Below are positions 27,791-41,066 of a stretch of 64,000 nucleotides of DNA, one piece after another. Within the stretch, counting starts at the first letter, position 1, and each line of letters opens with the position of its first letter. The stretch is from Azolla caroliniana (Eukaryota > Plantae > Polypodiophyta): contig JBHGNT010000013.1 in assembly GCA_043228905.1 (NCBI GenBank), forward strand, positions 16,678,001 through 16,742,000, given 5' to 3'. A program made the translations under genes and the position numbers. Under the pieces are notes generated by a model, which saw only the letters and a program-made list of their open reading frames with translations, did no database searches and was not told where the DNA came from.

Positions 27791-28459
27791 AATGAAGAGA
27801 AAAGGGGTGACAAAGTTTTAAATCTATATTTGTGAAATAAAATATATCTTTTTAACAATGATACTAACATATCCATCATCTTTATCTAGAAAGCTCCATA
27901 GTTGTTGGCTTCTCTTTTTTAGACCATAAAGTATAAAACTTTTTATGAGCACAAGTCGAGAAGTAGCATTGACACTTTCCACACCCTCATTTCTCTTTGT
28001 GATTTGTCATTGGCTAGTAAAATAATGTCTCATGGATCTCTCTATTAAGTATGTCAATCACATTGGGATTAGTGTTTGCTTAAATATGGAGGAGTCAATC
28101 GAAGCATAACCTCCTTTGAGCCTTCGAAGTTATTCCTTCAAAATAGGTAAAGGAATTCAGAACCATTGTATTACATGAGGAAATTTCTCACTCGTGTTAA
28201 TGATGTATATAATTCATGTATCTCAATATATAGTTGTATATATATATCTCCTAGCGTCAAATTGAAAAACAGATTAGAAAATGATATAAAAAAATTGCAT
28301 GTTGATTGCCAAATAACTTCTTTTGCCTTCTTGAATGAAAAGGATGATGTATGAGCAACAAAAATACACAGAAGGTGAAATAGAAAATAATTGTGTCTTT
28401 GAACTATCTGTTTAATGCAATGCAATTTAGGTGTGAGCAATAATATTAAATCAATGTAT
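27791..28459 (+). repeat. Direct repeat copy 2, cut at 28459 by LTR element F
   Basis: Homologous to 22996-23698 and preceded by (CT)n at 27741-27782. Confidence 0.88.
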
Positions 28460-28539
28460 TGTAAGGATGCGGATTGCCCTTTCAGAGATATCTTGGATAT
28501 ATGCTAGAAATAGCTCAGAAAAGTGTACATAACTTATCA

Positions 28540-29392
28540 ATATTTTGAAAAATATTGAAAAATAATGACATACTTTCATATTATACCTTTATATGAGGGG
28601 TAATTATGGTACATTTAGAGTATAGTGTGATTTCTGTGGGTTAGAGATGGAGCCCCTTCATCATTTATTCTGGTCATGCATGGTAGCTAAATTGGTTTGG
28701 AAAAGATTTTTGGTCTCTTGCATGAGGTATATGGTTCTAGAGTATATAAATGGGGGACACAGATGTGGACAAATGAACTACATGATTATGAAAAAGAAAA
28801 GGTTTACTTTGCATTGTATACAAGTGGTCAATATGTTGAGGAAGTGTTGGCCAAGTATGTCTATTAATTCAATATAGGACGGTGTGGTTTGGGAAACGAT
28901 TAGTTCAATAGTCTTATGGGTTTTGTGGACTAGTAGATGTTGAAGGATATTTCAGGAAATTCAATGGAATGTTGTGGATGTAGTAAAGGAGATTTGGTTG
29001 ATTTTGGTGCATACACTAAATGGAGAATGCGATGTTATCAAGGGTGATTCAGATGTAGTCTTTTGAAACCAAGAGATTTTTAAGAAGAGATGGGAATGTC
29101 TAAATGTCTTCTTCATGTTAATGGTTGTATTCATTGGTAGTATTAGCCACCTCTTTGGTATTTCCTCCACCAACATGAGGCATGTGGCCATGTACCAACA
29201 GTTGATAGGAGAAAGGAAATTCATGAGGAGATCATCGACAAGGGATTGCTAAAAAACATGTTGTATTGTATTTAGCAATGCTTTGGTAGATATGTGTGCA
29301 AATTGTGGTGCGCTAATGAATGTCTATGGCAACCTAAGTGTTACAATGGTATAAAATAAAGAAACCGTTCACTTAATATAAATATAAAAGAA
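28540..29392 (+). mobile_element. LINE 3' fragment (zf-RVT) inserted in the LTR of element F
   Basis: CDFCGLEMEPLHHLFWSCMVAKLVWK and WETISSIVLWVLWTSRC motifs, with an A-rich tail near 29380. Boundaries are approximate. Confidence 0.75.
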
Positions 29393-29910
29393 GAGGAATT
29401 GTTTAAGTCATGAAGCGATGGACCCTATTTCTCATTCCTAGGTAGGGTATTTAATAAACCTCATCTTCCTAGAAAAAGGGGCCTCCCATTTTGGGAAGTG
29501 GAAATGTGCTCTCGTTTTCAATAACTATTAGTTATCATTCCATATGTACTAGTTTTGTGATTTCCTAAATTAATATAGCTTATCTCCTTTAATTTCTGTG
29601 TCTCAACCTTACACTTGGTATTAGAGCGCAGTAAGATCCATAGGGCTGAGTTGCACAATGGAGGAAGCAAAGGTGGAAGTGGATATTTCATGGTCATGGT
29701 AAAAAGGAGAAAGAGAAAAGGTTTCAACTCAAGCGAGATGAATGGAGGGGTAGGGACCTCACTGAGCACTACATAATTTACAAGACAAAGTAGAGGAAAA
29801 AATCAAAGAAGTAGAACACAATGGGAACGCAAGGAAGAAGGCACGTGGAAGGCAGACAAGGGAGATAATTTGGAAGAGTTGATCCAAATAATGGAATTAG
29901 GCAATGACAG

Positions 29911-30543
29911 TGTCGTGAAGAAAACCGCCCCTAGGAGGAATCAGGGAAATATGCGCTTGAATTGGCCCCTACGAGTGGGCAAGCTATTTAATAACTTGTA
30001 CATACTTAGGAGCAAGTCGATTGATGTGAAGATACTAGGTAGGTAGTACGCATTTATTGTTTAGGAAATCGTAGTGTATCTCTACCCAAAGTGACAGAGA
30101 ATAAATACGATGTAACCAGGGTATAACGGTATGTCCCCGAGGGGCCTATAAAGAGGAAACGGAGAAGGCTGAGAGGACATCACGTTTTTGGGCAAGGATG
30201 AGGGGCTGTTGGACTGGGAACCGAGCTCTCTCCTCTTCTTTCTATCATCATTCTCTACAGGGTTGCAATCGTTGTAATCGTTACTGTTATTGAAATTGAA
30301 TCTCTTGTTTTCGTCTATCTGTGTTTCTAGGAGTCTCCTCTTTCATTTCTCTCGAGTGCGCTTCTTGATTAAGTTGGTATACGCGTTGGTGGTTCATTCA
30401 ACCGGCAAGTGTTGTCGGTTGCAGACAGGTCTATCAGGCCTTACACTTGCGTGCTTCTTACTCCCTCTTGTCTCCCTTGCTCCTCGGTTTAGGGTCCCCG
30501 TGGTCTCGCCTTATTTCACACGTGAAAACGAAACAACACAACA
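29911..30543 (+). repeat. Element A 5' LTR
   Basis: Direct repeat of 62994-63620, followed by the PBS. Confidence 0.93.
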
Positions 30544-30643
30544 TATTTGGTGATCCCGACGTGAAACAGGCGGCAGAGGAATAGAAGATGAGGGGATCGG
30601 AGCTCACCGAAGCCATGGCGGCAGTAATCGATCGGATAGTAAG

Positions 30644-31107
30644 TGTTGTAGGTTTTAGGGTTAGGGTTAATGATAATGATAATGATGGATTGATGATGAA
30701 GATAATGGAGAGTATGATGGTGAGAGAGATCATGAAGATGTTGATAAGCATTGAGAAGCATTGCGGGGTGGGGGGTGGTGCCTAGAATGGCTCCACCCCC
30801 CTCTCAAGAGGGTTCAACGTTAAGGGGAGAGAGAGGAAGAGAGAGAGAAATTGAGAGAGAAAACGATCATTCGTTTTCATTCATTCCCCATAAGGGGTTA
30901 AATAGGTACAAAGGGTTAGATACACAAGGGTGCAAGACCCTTGGCCATTCACACCTAGTCACAAACTCACACCTCTTTGTATCCACCACACTCACACTTA
31001 CATTCACACTCATAATTGTATAAGTTTACACATATACATCCACACATTACATCTTTCACCCTCACTTATCACACTTATCAATCACACGTACGTCTCGTAC
31101 GGTAACA
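30644..31107. mobile_element. Solo LTR (464 bp) inserted in element A gag
   Basis: TGTTG...TAACA termini and a perfect 5-bp TSD GTAAG (30639-30643 and 31108-31112). Confidence 0.88.
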
Positions 31108-32149
31108 GTAAGTGCTCGCGAGGGCACGAGCACCCTCGATAGGGCCATTGAAGCAATTGTCGGCACGATAGGCCAATTTGGTGGGAAGGACGCTACGAGC
31201 TATTTGGTGGCCTGCTGAGCCGAGATGGTGATGAGGGACATTCCGGAGGATAGGCGTTAGGCCGGGTTCCCTCGGGTGGTGACACCGGGCATCCACGCAG
31301 CGGTGCTTGAGGTATAGACTGGATGCCAGACCTGGGGAGAATTCGAAGCACGGCTCCTCGAAAGGTACGGGCTTGATGAAGCGCTTCGGTTATTGAAGCG
31401 GGACTTCATGGAGTGGGTGGAGACCCCCGAAAAGGGGAGGAATGCGTTGGTGCTCCTCCAGGAGTTCGAGGAACGCTTCGCATGGCTCTCAACGCTGGAT
31501 AGGACCGTGCTAGACACGATGTTGTCCGGAGGACAGAAATGTAAAATTAGGAAATTAGCAAACGCCGAGTCCGAGTGTCACGGGCCACCAAGGGCTCGAC
31601 TGTGTGTAAGGGGAAAAGTTATTTAAACGAGGAACAGTACCTCAGAAAGAGAGAGAAGAAAATTATAGGCGGAAACACTAGCTTAGTCATTCGAATTAGA
31701 TAAACTTGTAAGGTCACCGGCCAGAGGCCGTGTTCTGTAATCCTTTCTACCATAGTAATACATCTTATTTGTGCCTATTTTGGTTGCATGATTCTGTGTT
31801 TCGATCGATACCTATGAGTTTCACGCCGCCACGTCTATCAAAACCTCGCTAGTGTTTTCTCTCTGAACCCTGTATCTCTCTCAACGCCTCTGTACGAGCC
31901 TTCACGTACCACGCCCTTGAAGACCGATAGTCGCAGATCTATCGAAGGTGTTCGCCCAAAGGAACGGGTAACACAATTTGGCACGCTCGGTTACAGCTGT
32001 GAGTGCACAACGAACTTCGTTGAAGGTAACCACCAGCCGCCGTTACGGCGCCCTCTCGCACCACGAGGTCTTGGCCACCTGCCCGACGCCCTGAGCCAGT
32101 CGAAGGAACTTCCGACTCGGCGGTCACTGACCAATCCTGTCCCGATCAA

Positions 32150-35100
32150 TTGGGGGCTTGTCCAGTGCAATCCTCGCCACCGGACACTCGATCGCGAGTG
32201 GATTCACCACCAGAGCCCTCGTCGAGCCCTCTGGAGGTCAATCAACCAGAACCAAACCCTTTTCCAGTGCTACCAGAAGAACCACAGTATGACATCATGC
32301 CGTACCCATACCCACGATATGCCGACGGACCTGACGCGGAGTCACACGTCCGTGCCTTCATATCCACGTGGTAGGCTAACCACTCCACGCACCGCCTCAC
32401 ACCGGCCGAAATCGATGCATCGAAGATTGCCGAGTTCACACTCTCCCTCGAAGGACCGGCCGCACGATGGTACTCTCGTCTCGAAATAGGAGAGGCCACC
32501 ACTTTCCAAATCGTGCGCACAAAGTTCCTTGAACTTTTTCATCGCGAGGTGCCTAAACGGGAACTGCTACGACAATTCTTCTCTATATGCCAGGAACCAC
32601 ACGAAACGGTCGCCCAGTTCACAATCCGGTTCCAGGACCTCTACAGACAAGTGGCCGATGATGTCTCGGCACAACATATACCAGACACTTTCCTATCCAG
32701 TTTACGAGAGCCTCTACGAACGACTCTCGCACTTACAAATTTCGCCAACCATACTATCGAACAAGTCATAGCGCGCGTTCTCGCCCTCGATCGGAACCAG
32801 CACGGCACGGCCTTCTCGATGACATCCTTGCAAACCACTCTTCCCCAAGAGGACAATCGCTTTCGCCAAGCCCTCCAATGCACTGCGTGTTCAGGATCAG
32901 GGCACCTGGCCCTCGAATGTCCCCACCGACCACAATGTCTGATCTGTCAGTCTCAAGCTCACACGGTCGAGTAATGCGAATATAATATGCTGAACCGCAC
33001 AACGGCAGCACCGGTCCGCCAGATCGAGCCACGCAATACATACTCTCGACAGGACAAGCGATACATCTACCGCGACCAGGATAAGGACCAACCGCGATCC
33101 CCGGATCGATGGCGCCGAAACGACGACTATCAACGTGATAATCGCCGTGATTATTATCGCGATGACCGGCACGATGATTATGCTCGGTACGATGACGATC
33201 GCGATGATCGGTATGACTGAAGGAACTCACGCATGGATCGGCGGAACAACAATCGTAACACACGCAACAACAGAAGACCTAATCACAACCGCCGACGGGA
33301 CGCTCCTCAACAGGACCAGCGCAACTCCAACACACCTCGGAACAACCCTTCACTAAACGAGACCGAGGATCCACAACAACAGCTCCCACACACAGACCGA
33401 GCAGACACCAGTAGCTCGGCCAACGTGACATGTTTTAAATGTAACCAACCAGGCCACTATGCCACGCAATGTCCGACAACCAACCGTGGCAAGGCACCCG
33501 CGGTAAACAATATCATGGCCGATGTGCAAACGGTCACTACCTAGAGTAAAGCGCAGCCTACTCAGTGGCAAATCCAGGATGAAGTACGAGAGGCAGCAAA
33601 AGAATGGGTCGACACGGCCAATAAAAATAATGCCACACGCATGCAAACTGACATGAGGGACGGGCCCAGTGAAGTACCACACACCTCGGCCCCACCCACA
33701 TCGTCGGAGTACGACCAACTATGGGATGCGCTTACCAATTCCCGCATCTCGCTGCCCTTACATAAACTGCTACCACTCATGCCGAGATTTCGGGACATCC
33801 TGGCGGCACTACAGGCCAATACTAAGACCGAGACACCACCGGTACACCTCACCGACGCAGGTACTGGTCCACCACTCATGGATTCTCAGAACCCAGCCGT
33901 ACGAATCATCATTAAGGGACAAGACCTGCAAGGATGCATCATCGACGGTGGGTCCGGTGTAAACGTTATTAGCGAATCAACGTGTCTCAAACTCGACATG
34001 AATCAATGGGAACCATGCCCCTTTTGGCTTCGGATGGCCGACACCCGCTCCGTTCGCCCCATTGGTTTAATCCGCCATCTCGACTTCACACTCGGAGGAC
34101 ACATGTTCACGATCTCGGCCGTCGTGCTACGACTGGAGACACAAGGCGCCTACCCAATGTTACTAGGTCGACCATGGTTGCGTACAACGAATATCAAGCA
34201 ACATTGGCAGCGCAACATGATCTCATTCCGAAAAGGGAAGACAAAAGTCCGGATCATCACTGAAGAACGAGTCCCCGTCGCCCTCAACACTTCGCCGTTA
34301 TACGCGGAAGGAGTCCATATGCTCGACGGATTGGCCGATGCGGAGGTCGATGACTTCCTAGATGATCATCCCACGATCATTCCTCTCTTCGAAATCAATG
34401 CCTTACCAACCATCGAGCCATCTAAAGACGAGGAAGTCACGGAAGAGTCACCAACCCAGGATGAACCCGATGCAACCACAGTGGCCGAGCTACGTCATGC
34501 TCGGGAGGCTTTCGAACGCGAACTCGCCGTTTCACAACGAGTGAAAGCATCAACCCTAGAAACAATAAACCTCGGTTCGGACGAGAATCCCCGTACGGTA
34601 CAAATTGCCAATAATCTACCAACCGGCGAACGGGCATGCCTCGTAAAATTACTCACCGACTACCAGGATGTTTTTGCTTGGTCTTACACCGATATGAAGG
34701 GGCTGGATCCTCAGTACTACCAACATCAAATTCACATCTTACCCGACACTCGGCCGGTTCAACAGAGGCGCTACAGGATGAACCCCAACTACGCCGCTAA
34801 AGTCAAAGAGGAAATTGACAAGTTACTCCGAGTGGGCTTCATTCGCCCTGTTAAACGGGCTACATGGTTAAGCCCGATCGTAGTGGTCCCAAAGAAGAAT
34901 GGAAAAATCCGCGTTTGTGTCGACTATCGGAAGCTTAACGCGGCAACCGTCACCGACGGTTTCCCTCTCCCATTCACGGATAGCGTCCTCGACACGGTAG
35001 CCGGCCACCAATGCTACAGTTTCCTCGACGGGTTCAACGGCTATAACCAGATAAGAATGTACCTGGAGGATCAGGAGAAAACCGCTTTCGTCACGGAATG

Positions 35101-37436
35101 GGGTGTGTTTGTAGCAGAAGTTATGATGTTCGGTCTAAAAACAGCACCGGCTACGTTCCAACGCATCATCACCGAAATCTTTCATGACTACATTCCGGCG
35201 TTCATGCAAGTTTTTCTCGACGATTTCGCCGTGTATGGCCATCGACGGGAACACATGACCCAGTTACGACTCTGCCTGGACCAATGTCGCCAAGCTCGAT
35301 TGAGTTTAAACCCGGCGAAATGCGCATTCTTAGTCACCAGCGGCAACCTTCTCGGCCACATTGTTAGTCAAGAAGGCATTGCTATGGACCCGGATAAAGT
35401 AAAGGCAATTCTGGAGGCCACCGCACCCTCGAACGCTAAGGCACTAAGCCGTTTTTTGGGACAGATCCGGTGGCACAACCGAATGATACGACACCTGGCC
35501 GATTTCGCGACACCCTTACACGTGGCAGTCCATCGCCTTCCTTTCCAATGGACGTCAGTCGAGGACACGGCTTATCAGACCCTCAAACGAATGCTGTCAC
35601 ATGCCCCGGTGGTCCAGTCTCCGGTTTGGTCCGAACCGTTTCATGTCTTCGTGGATGCTTCGGACATCGCCATCGGAAGTGCGCTAATGCAATGCACACC
35701 CCCGAATTGGTATAGGCCCGTATACTATGCCAGCCGACGGCTCTCGACCGCGGAAAAGAATTACTCCACCACTGAGCGGGAGGCTCTCAGTATGATTTAT
35801 AGCATCAATAAATTTTGGCATTATCTCTTGGGCCGAAAGTTTACCTTTCACGTGGATCACTCGGCCCTTCTTTATTTGGTCAATAAACAAGCCCTCACCG
35901 GCCGGTTGGCTCAATGGATGCTCCTACTACAAGAGTTTGATTTTCAGATTCAACATCGACCCGGGGTACAACATGCCGTCGTCGACTACTTGAGCCGTCT
36001 TGAGTCAGGAGAATCGGCGAAAACAACGTACGACGAGCTACCGGACGCCAGCCTATTTAACCTGACCTCGGTACCAGACGATAACGGAGATGAATGGATC
36101 ACGGAGATGACCCATTTTCTCACTACCGGTGTACCTCTGGAGCACATGACCCTTGACACGAAAAAACGCCTAGCAGTGCGGAGCCGGAATTTTTGCCTCG
36201 TCTCGGACATTCTTTACCACAAAGGCTCGGACGGCATATGGCGCCGAGCGATTCGGCTGTTCGAGAAGAACGCTGTTCTTCAGGAAGCCCACCAGGGAGT
36301 ATCTGGGGGACACTACACCGGGGATTCTACGGCAAGGAAAGTTTGGCAAAGGGGATTATGGTGGCCGACAACAAAGAAAGACCGCTCACGAGTTTTGCCG
36401 GCAGTGCGATTTGTGTCAACGTCTGGGGCAACCAAGGGAACAGTCACGGATGCCACACCAGCCGATTCTTCCGTTGGACCCATTTCAAAAATGGGGTTTG
36501 GATTTTGTAGGTCCTTTCAAACCACCCGCGGCCCAAACTGGGAATCGATATATTATCGTGGCCACGGATTACTGCACCAAATGGGTCGAGGCTAAGGCAC
36601 TCCGAGATAACACGGCGGCATCTACGGCTAAATTTGTGTACGAGCACCTCTGGTGCCGTTACAGATGTCCAATCGAGCTCGTTAGTGACCAAGGTGGGCA
36701 CTTTATCAATCATATAATACGTGAGCTTACACACCACTACGCGGTGGTGCACAAGAAAAGCACACCATACTACCCGCAGGCGAACAGTTTGGCAGAATTG
36801 ACAAATAAAATCCTCCAAACCATACTGAAGAAGATCGTCAATGAAAACAGGACCGATTGGGATGACAAACTCCAGAGCGCGCTGTGGGCGTATCGTACGA
36901 CCTTCAAAACAAGCATCCAATCAACCCCCTTTCGAATGGCGTTCGGGTTAGAAGTTGTAATGCCTGTCGAGTTCCAAGTCCCGAGCCTCAGAGTTCAAGT
37001 CAAAGCACGGCTCCCCGAGGCCGAATCCGAACAAAACCGGCTGGAACAACTCCTCGAACTCGGGGAAGCTAGGATAGAGAGTATGGCCCAACTCGAACAA
37101 CGCCAACGGCAACGCAAGGCTTTCGTGGATCGACATCGACACGGGCTGGAGAAGGAGCTCATCATCGGCAAACCAGTCCTTCTTTTCCAAACACGACTCG
37201 GGTCAATGCCGGGAAAATTAAGATTTCGATGGACCGGTCCATTCTTGATTATCGACGAGTTCAACGGGACGTTCCTGCTCGGCACACTCGCCGGCGACAC
37301 GATCAAAAGCTGGGCCAATGGGTTTCGGCTTAGACCATATCGCGGGACTAAACCACCCAACCCGTTTACCAAGCCACATGGCACCAACGAGACTCGGGAG
37401 ATCACCACGGAGGACGCCACGGGTCCCCTTGAATAA
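32150..37436 (+). pseudogene. Element B gag-pol (one original frame; four internal stops and one frameshift near 36383)
   Basis: ORFs starting at 32150, 32513, 32987, 33233 and 33641 share one frame. Motifs: CCHC knuckles, PR IIDGGSGVN, RT VCVDYRKLN and VFLDDF, RH VDASD..YSTTERE, INT GHY..WWPT..C..CQR and WGLDFVGP..SDQG..PQANSLAE. Confidence 0.93.
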
Positions 37437-37967
37437 GGACTACCCACCTTCTGGAAATTAATAAAAGTAGTAGTAGGTAGGATTAACCATAGTTTAGCCA
37501 CTGTTTAGCTACACCTACACCACCCACCTAGGCACCCCACTTTTAGGAGCACCCCTTGCCACCACTCAGTAAGTACCTATTTAAACTGTTCACACATGCA
37601 AACCACATGCAAGGCACACTAGAAGCACCCCACTCACCTTCAGGACACGTGGTGCTAGTCACTTATTATGGCACCCATGACTTAGAATCTTCAGGATTCG
37701 CTGCAGGTACAAAACCCTAGGAAGAAGTTACCAAAACCGTTTCCAAAACGCAGCACAGACCATTATCGCTCTCCATCTCCATTGCTCTCAAGATCAGAAA
37801 CCCCATCTCGCTCTCAACACACTAAGCGCTCTTGCTCTCAAGCCCTCTTCCGCTCTCATAACCTCTCTGCTGGACTTCCACTTCCTGCTGCTCCTGCGGT
37901 AGCTCGCCCTCGCCTCATCACTTTGCTTCACGCTTCCACACAGTCGAACCCAGCTTCCATCTCCACT

Positions 37968-40900
37968 ATGCCGCTTACCGCCTCAGCCGAAACCCGCGCC
38001 TGGCTCCAGGAACGAGGAATGGGCGGTTATCTGAAGATCATCGATGCCCCCCCGCACCCAGATGCCCAAAATGTGGCGAAACGTATAAGTCCCGAAGCCA
38101 TCACCAACAACGTGCTTCGGGCTGTGTTGGACCTGCAACGGGGAGGGGACCATGAGGTCGACATACCCCCGGCATTAAAGATGAAGGCGTACTTCGGGGA
38201 GCACTCAGCCACAGGGAAGGCATATAGCACGTATGGCGGGCCCAACAAAGCTTTCGGGGAGATTGCGCGTATCTTGATGGAGTATGCGTTTGTGCATACG
38301 AACCCAACGAGCATGCCGCAGAACAAGGCAGCCATCATCATCAGCGCTTATGAAGGAAACAGAATCGATTGGGGAATCATCACAGGTGAAGGACTCCGCG
38401 CTGCCTTAGCTTCATTTCAGTCCGGTAAGAAGATGTTGTCTGTTCTTACCCACTTTTTGATGGTGTTATACCCACCCTCTTCGCTCCCTTCCCCTCGCGC
38501 ACTCACGTCCCCACCACCACCACGAAGGCAGAGAGAGAAATTCGTGGCCATTAGCCACGAAGCATGGGAGGAGCCCACATCGCCTTCACCCCCTGCCGCC
38601 GACCAGACAACCGCATCGACACCACCACCCGCCCAACCCCAACAAAAAAGGGTAGTTTCCGAGACCTGCCAAGAATGGGAGGGGGTGGTAGCCGCGGAAG
38701 ACAACACAACTGATGATGTCACCATTCGGCAGCCAACGTCGCGGTCTTCAGTAACGTCCCCAGGACCTAGCCCACGCACCAACACACAGCAGGCTGCACC
38801 ACCACGACCACAGAAAAGGAAGCATGCGGAGGAAACAACACTACCGGCCCCGGAACCGCAACCACAACCAGGCAAAAGAAGACGACTCAACCGCGAGTCC
38901 TCGGAAGAACGGAAGGAGCCACAACAGGAGCAAGCCTTAGTGGTCAGACAGAGCAACTTGGCTATCACCCCTGCGGAGGCATCACTGAACCAGGGAACGA
39001 TCGAGCATGGGCATACAACACAAATCTCGGAGGATGAAGTCCTCGGGTATAAGGACCTCCCCGCGGAGGCTTACGAATTTAGTGCGCTCCTCCGCCTCGG
39101 TACGTCATTCGAGCTGGTCGACTTCCTCGCTAGAGCCCAAGTCGCGGCAGCCGCTCAGATGGCGGAAGAGCACGCCGAAACAAAAATGGTTCAACGCGCG
39201 CTAATAGGTGAAATTGAGCCCCAGGAGGACATGGCTTTACAAAAAATCGGGAGGAAGAAGCAGGCAAAACAGGCCGCTCTCCTCATGGAGGTCCCTGAGT
39301 TGAACACGGCCCTTATCGAGGCATATCGGGACCTAGATCGCACTACGTGGGCAGCCAAAGACATGGCCCGAAAGATAAAAGTAGCCCAAAAACAGGCTAA
39401 GATGGCTACAGAGCTATGGCATGCTGCGAACCAGAAGCTGGCAGCCTGGGAGCAAAATCGGCTGGAACAACAAGTCCTGAGCCTCCCAGTAACGACTACC
39501 GAGGGCCTCCCAGCGCCCCCACGCATAACGATGATGGATGGAAGCACCATCACCGACTCCATCCTGAAGGTGCAGGCCAGTACACAAACGGAGTCATTAC
39601 AAATGGTCGATGCCTGCACAACAACCGAGGTGGCCACGACCGTGGAGCAACCCAAACTAACCACACCAACCAAGGAGGTGGAAACCCAGACAGAACCCCC
39701 GCTCCGGGATTACCGTGCGGAGCTTAAAGAAGAACAACGGCGAACCGAGAGACATGAGCAACGACATCAAGAGGCGATGGCTCGCCTAAAAGAAGAAGCT
39801 TCCAAGCAGATGGCCGAGATAAGAGCCCAGGCCAACCAAAGGATACACGAGCAACACGAAGCATTGGGCCGGGTACAAGCGCAAGCCGCGGCCAAGGAAG
39901 CCGAACTCAAAAGCAAGCTGGAGGAATACGCCGCCACAGTAGTGAAGAAAGAGACGGAGGTCCTAGACCTACAGGCCGCGCTCGACAATGCCCACGACTG
40001 GAACCAGCGGCAGGAGGAAAGAAATCGCGAACGGGAGGAGAGGATGAACGCGGAGAATGTCGAGTTGCAGAGTCAGTGTACGACCCTTAAAGAGATGGCT
40101 GACGAGTTATTCATCAAGTGCAAGCTACTTTCCGAGCAAAAAGAGGCCTTATCAGATTCCTACTTCGCCCTACAAGAAGAGAGAATCGTCGAACGGGAAC
40201 AAATCCGGGCCATGTGTTTGAAAGAACGGGAGCAGGCCACCGAAGAACTCATGAAGCGTTACGAGCAGGCTCTCCAGCTCGTAACCACGAATGCAAAGAA
40301 CAGTCAGACCATCTATGAGCTAAAGACACAGAAGATTCAGGCCGAGGTCGACGGCTTAAAACAGGAATTAGCAGCCATCCAAGCACAGCCCGGCATGGAT
40401 GAGACATGCATCCGCATACTGCTCAAGAAACAACGCCAACACCTCACCAAAAAGGTCGAGGAAACATTAAGTCGCGCAGGAGATGAATGGGCAGCCCAAG
40501 CTGCCGAATTGCACATTTTACGCGCCGACGCCGAGAACCGACGGAAGGAGGGCCGCGACTTCTACAAAATGGACAAAGCCAGCATTCAAAATCTGCGTGC
40601 AGATTTAACCGAGGATTACCAGTCCTTGGCAAAATCGCACACCGCGGCAATCGAGCAAATAATGGAGGACTTCAATGACGGTCAGATGCTGTTTCGCCTG
40701 GAAGTAGAAGCCTTCGAATGAGAACGACTCGCTGCCATCTCCACCAGCCCTCCAACGGCCACAGAGCAGAAAGAAGAACCTCCCAGCGAGGAGATCACGG
40801 ACACGGCACAGGAGGAACTTGCCCCGACCAACGGGCATCCCATGGAGGTCCACACGTTACCAGAGCCTGTCGAAGGAGAGGCCAGCGCCCACGAACCCAC

Positions 40901-41057
40901 ACCCCCACCAGAAGAATCGGCTGCACCCGAGGCGGATGCCCGAGAAGATATGCCACCCTCGGACCAAACTCAACCCCCCGCACCAACAGTCCAACCAGAC
41001 CACCCTGCCGCCACCCCAGACCCCGAAAGCATCCTCGACATCTTAAAGGAGGAATGA
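37968..41057 (+). CDS. Element B extra sense ORF (~1030 codons: globular N-terminal domain, Pro/Gln linker with basic NLS-like motifs, long coiled coil, acidic tail); one premature TGA at 40719
   Basis: ORF 37782-40721 (first ATG at 37968, MPLTASAE) continues in frame past a TGA (probably CGA>TGA) to 41057. No hydrophobic TM segment is visible. Confidence 0.8.
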
Positions 41058-41066
41058 AACGAGGAT

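Noticed and set aside
30653-30670. TTTAGGG/TTAGGG telomere-like repeats
   Set aside because: Only 2-3 units inside an LTR, i.e. ordinary telo-box motifs.
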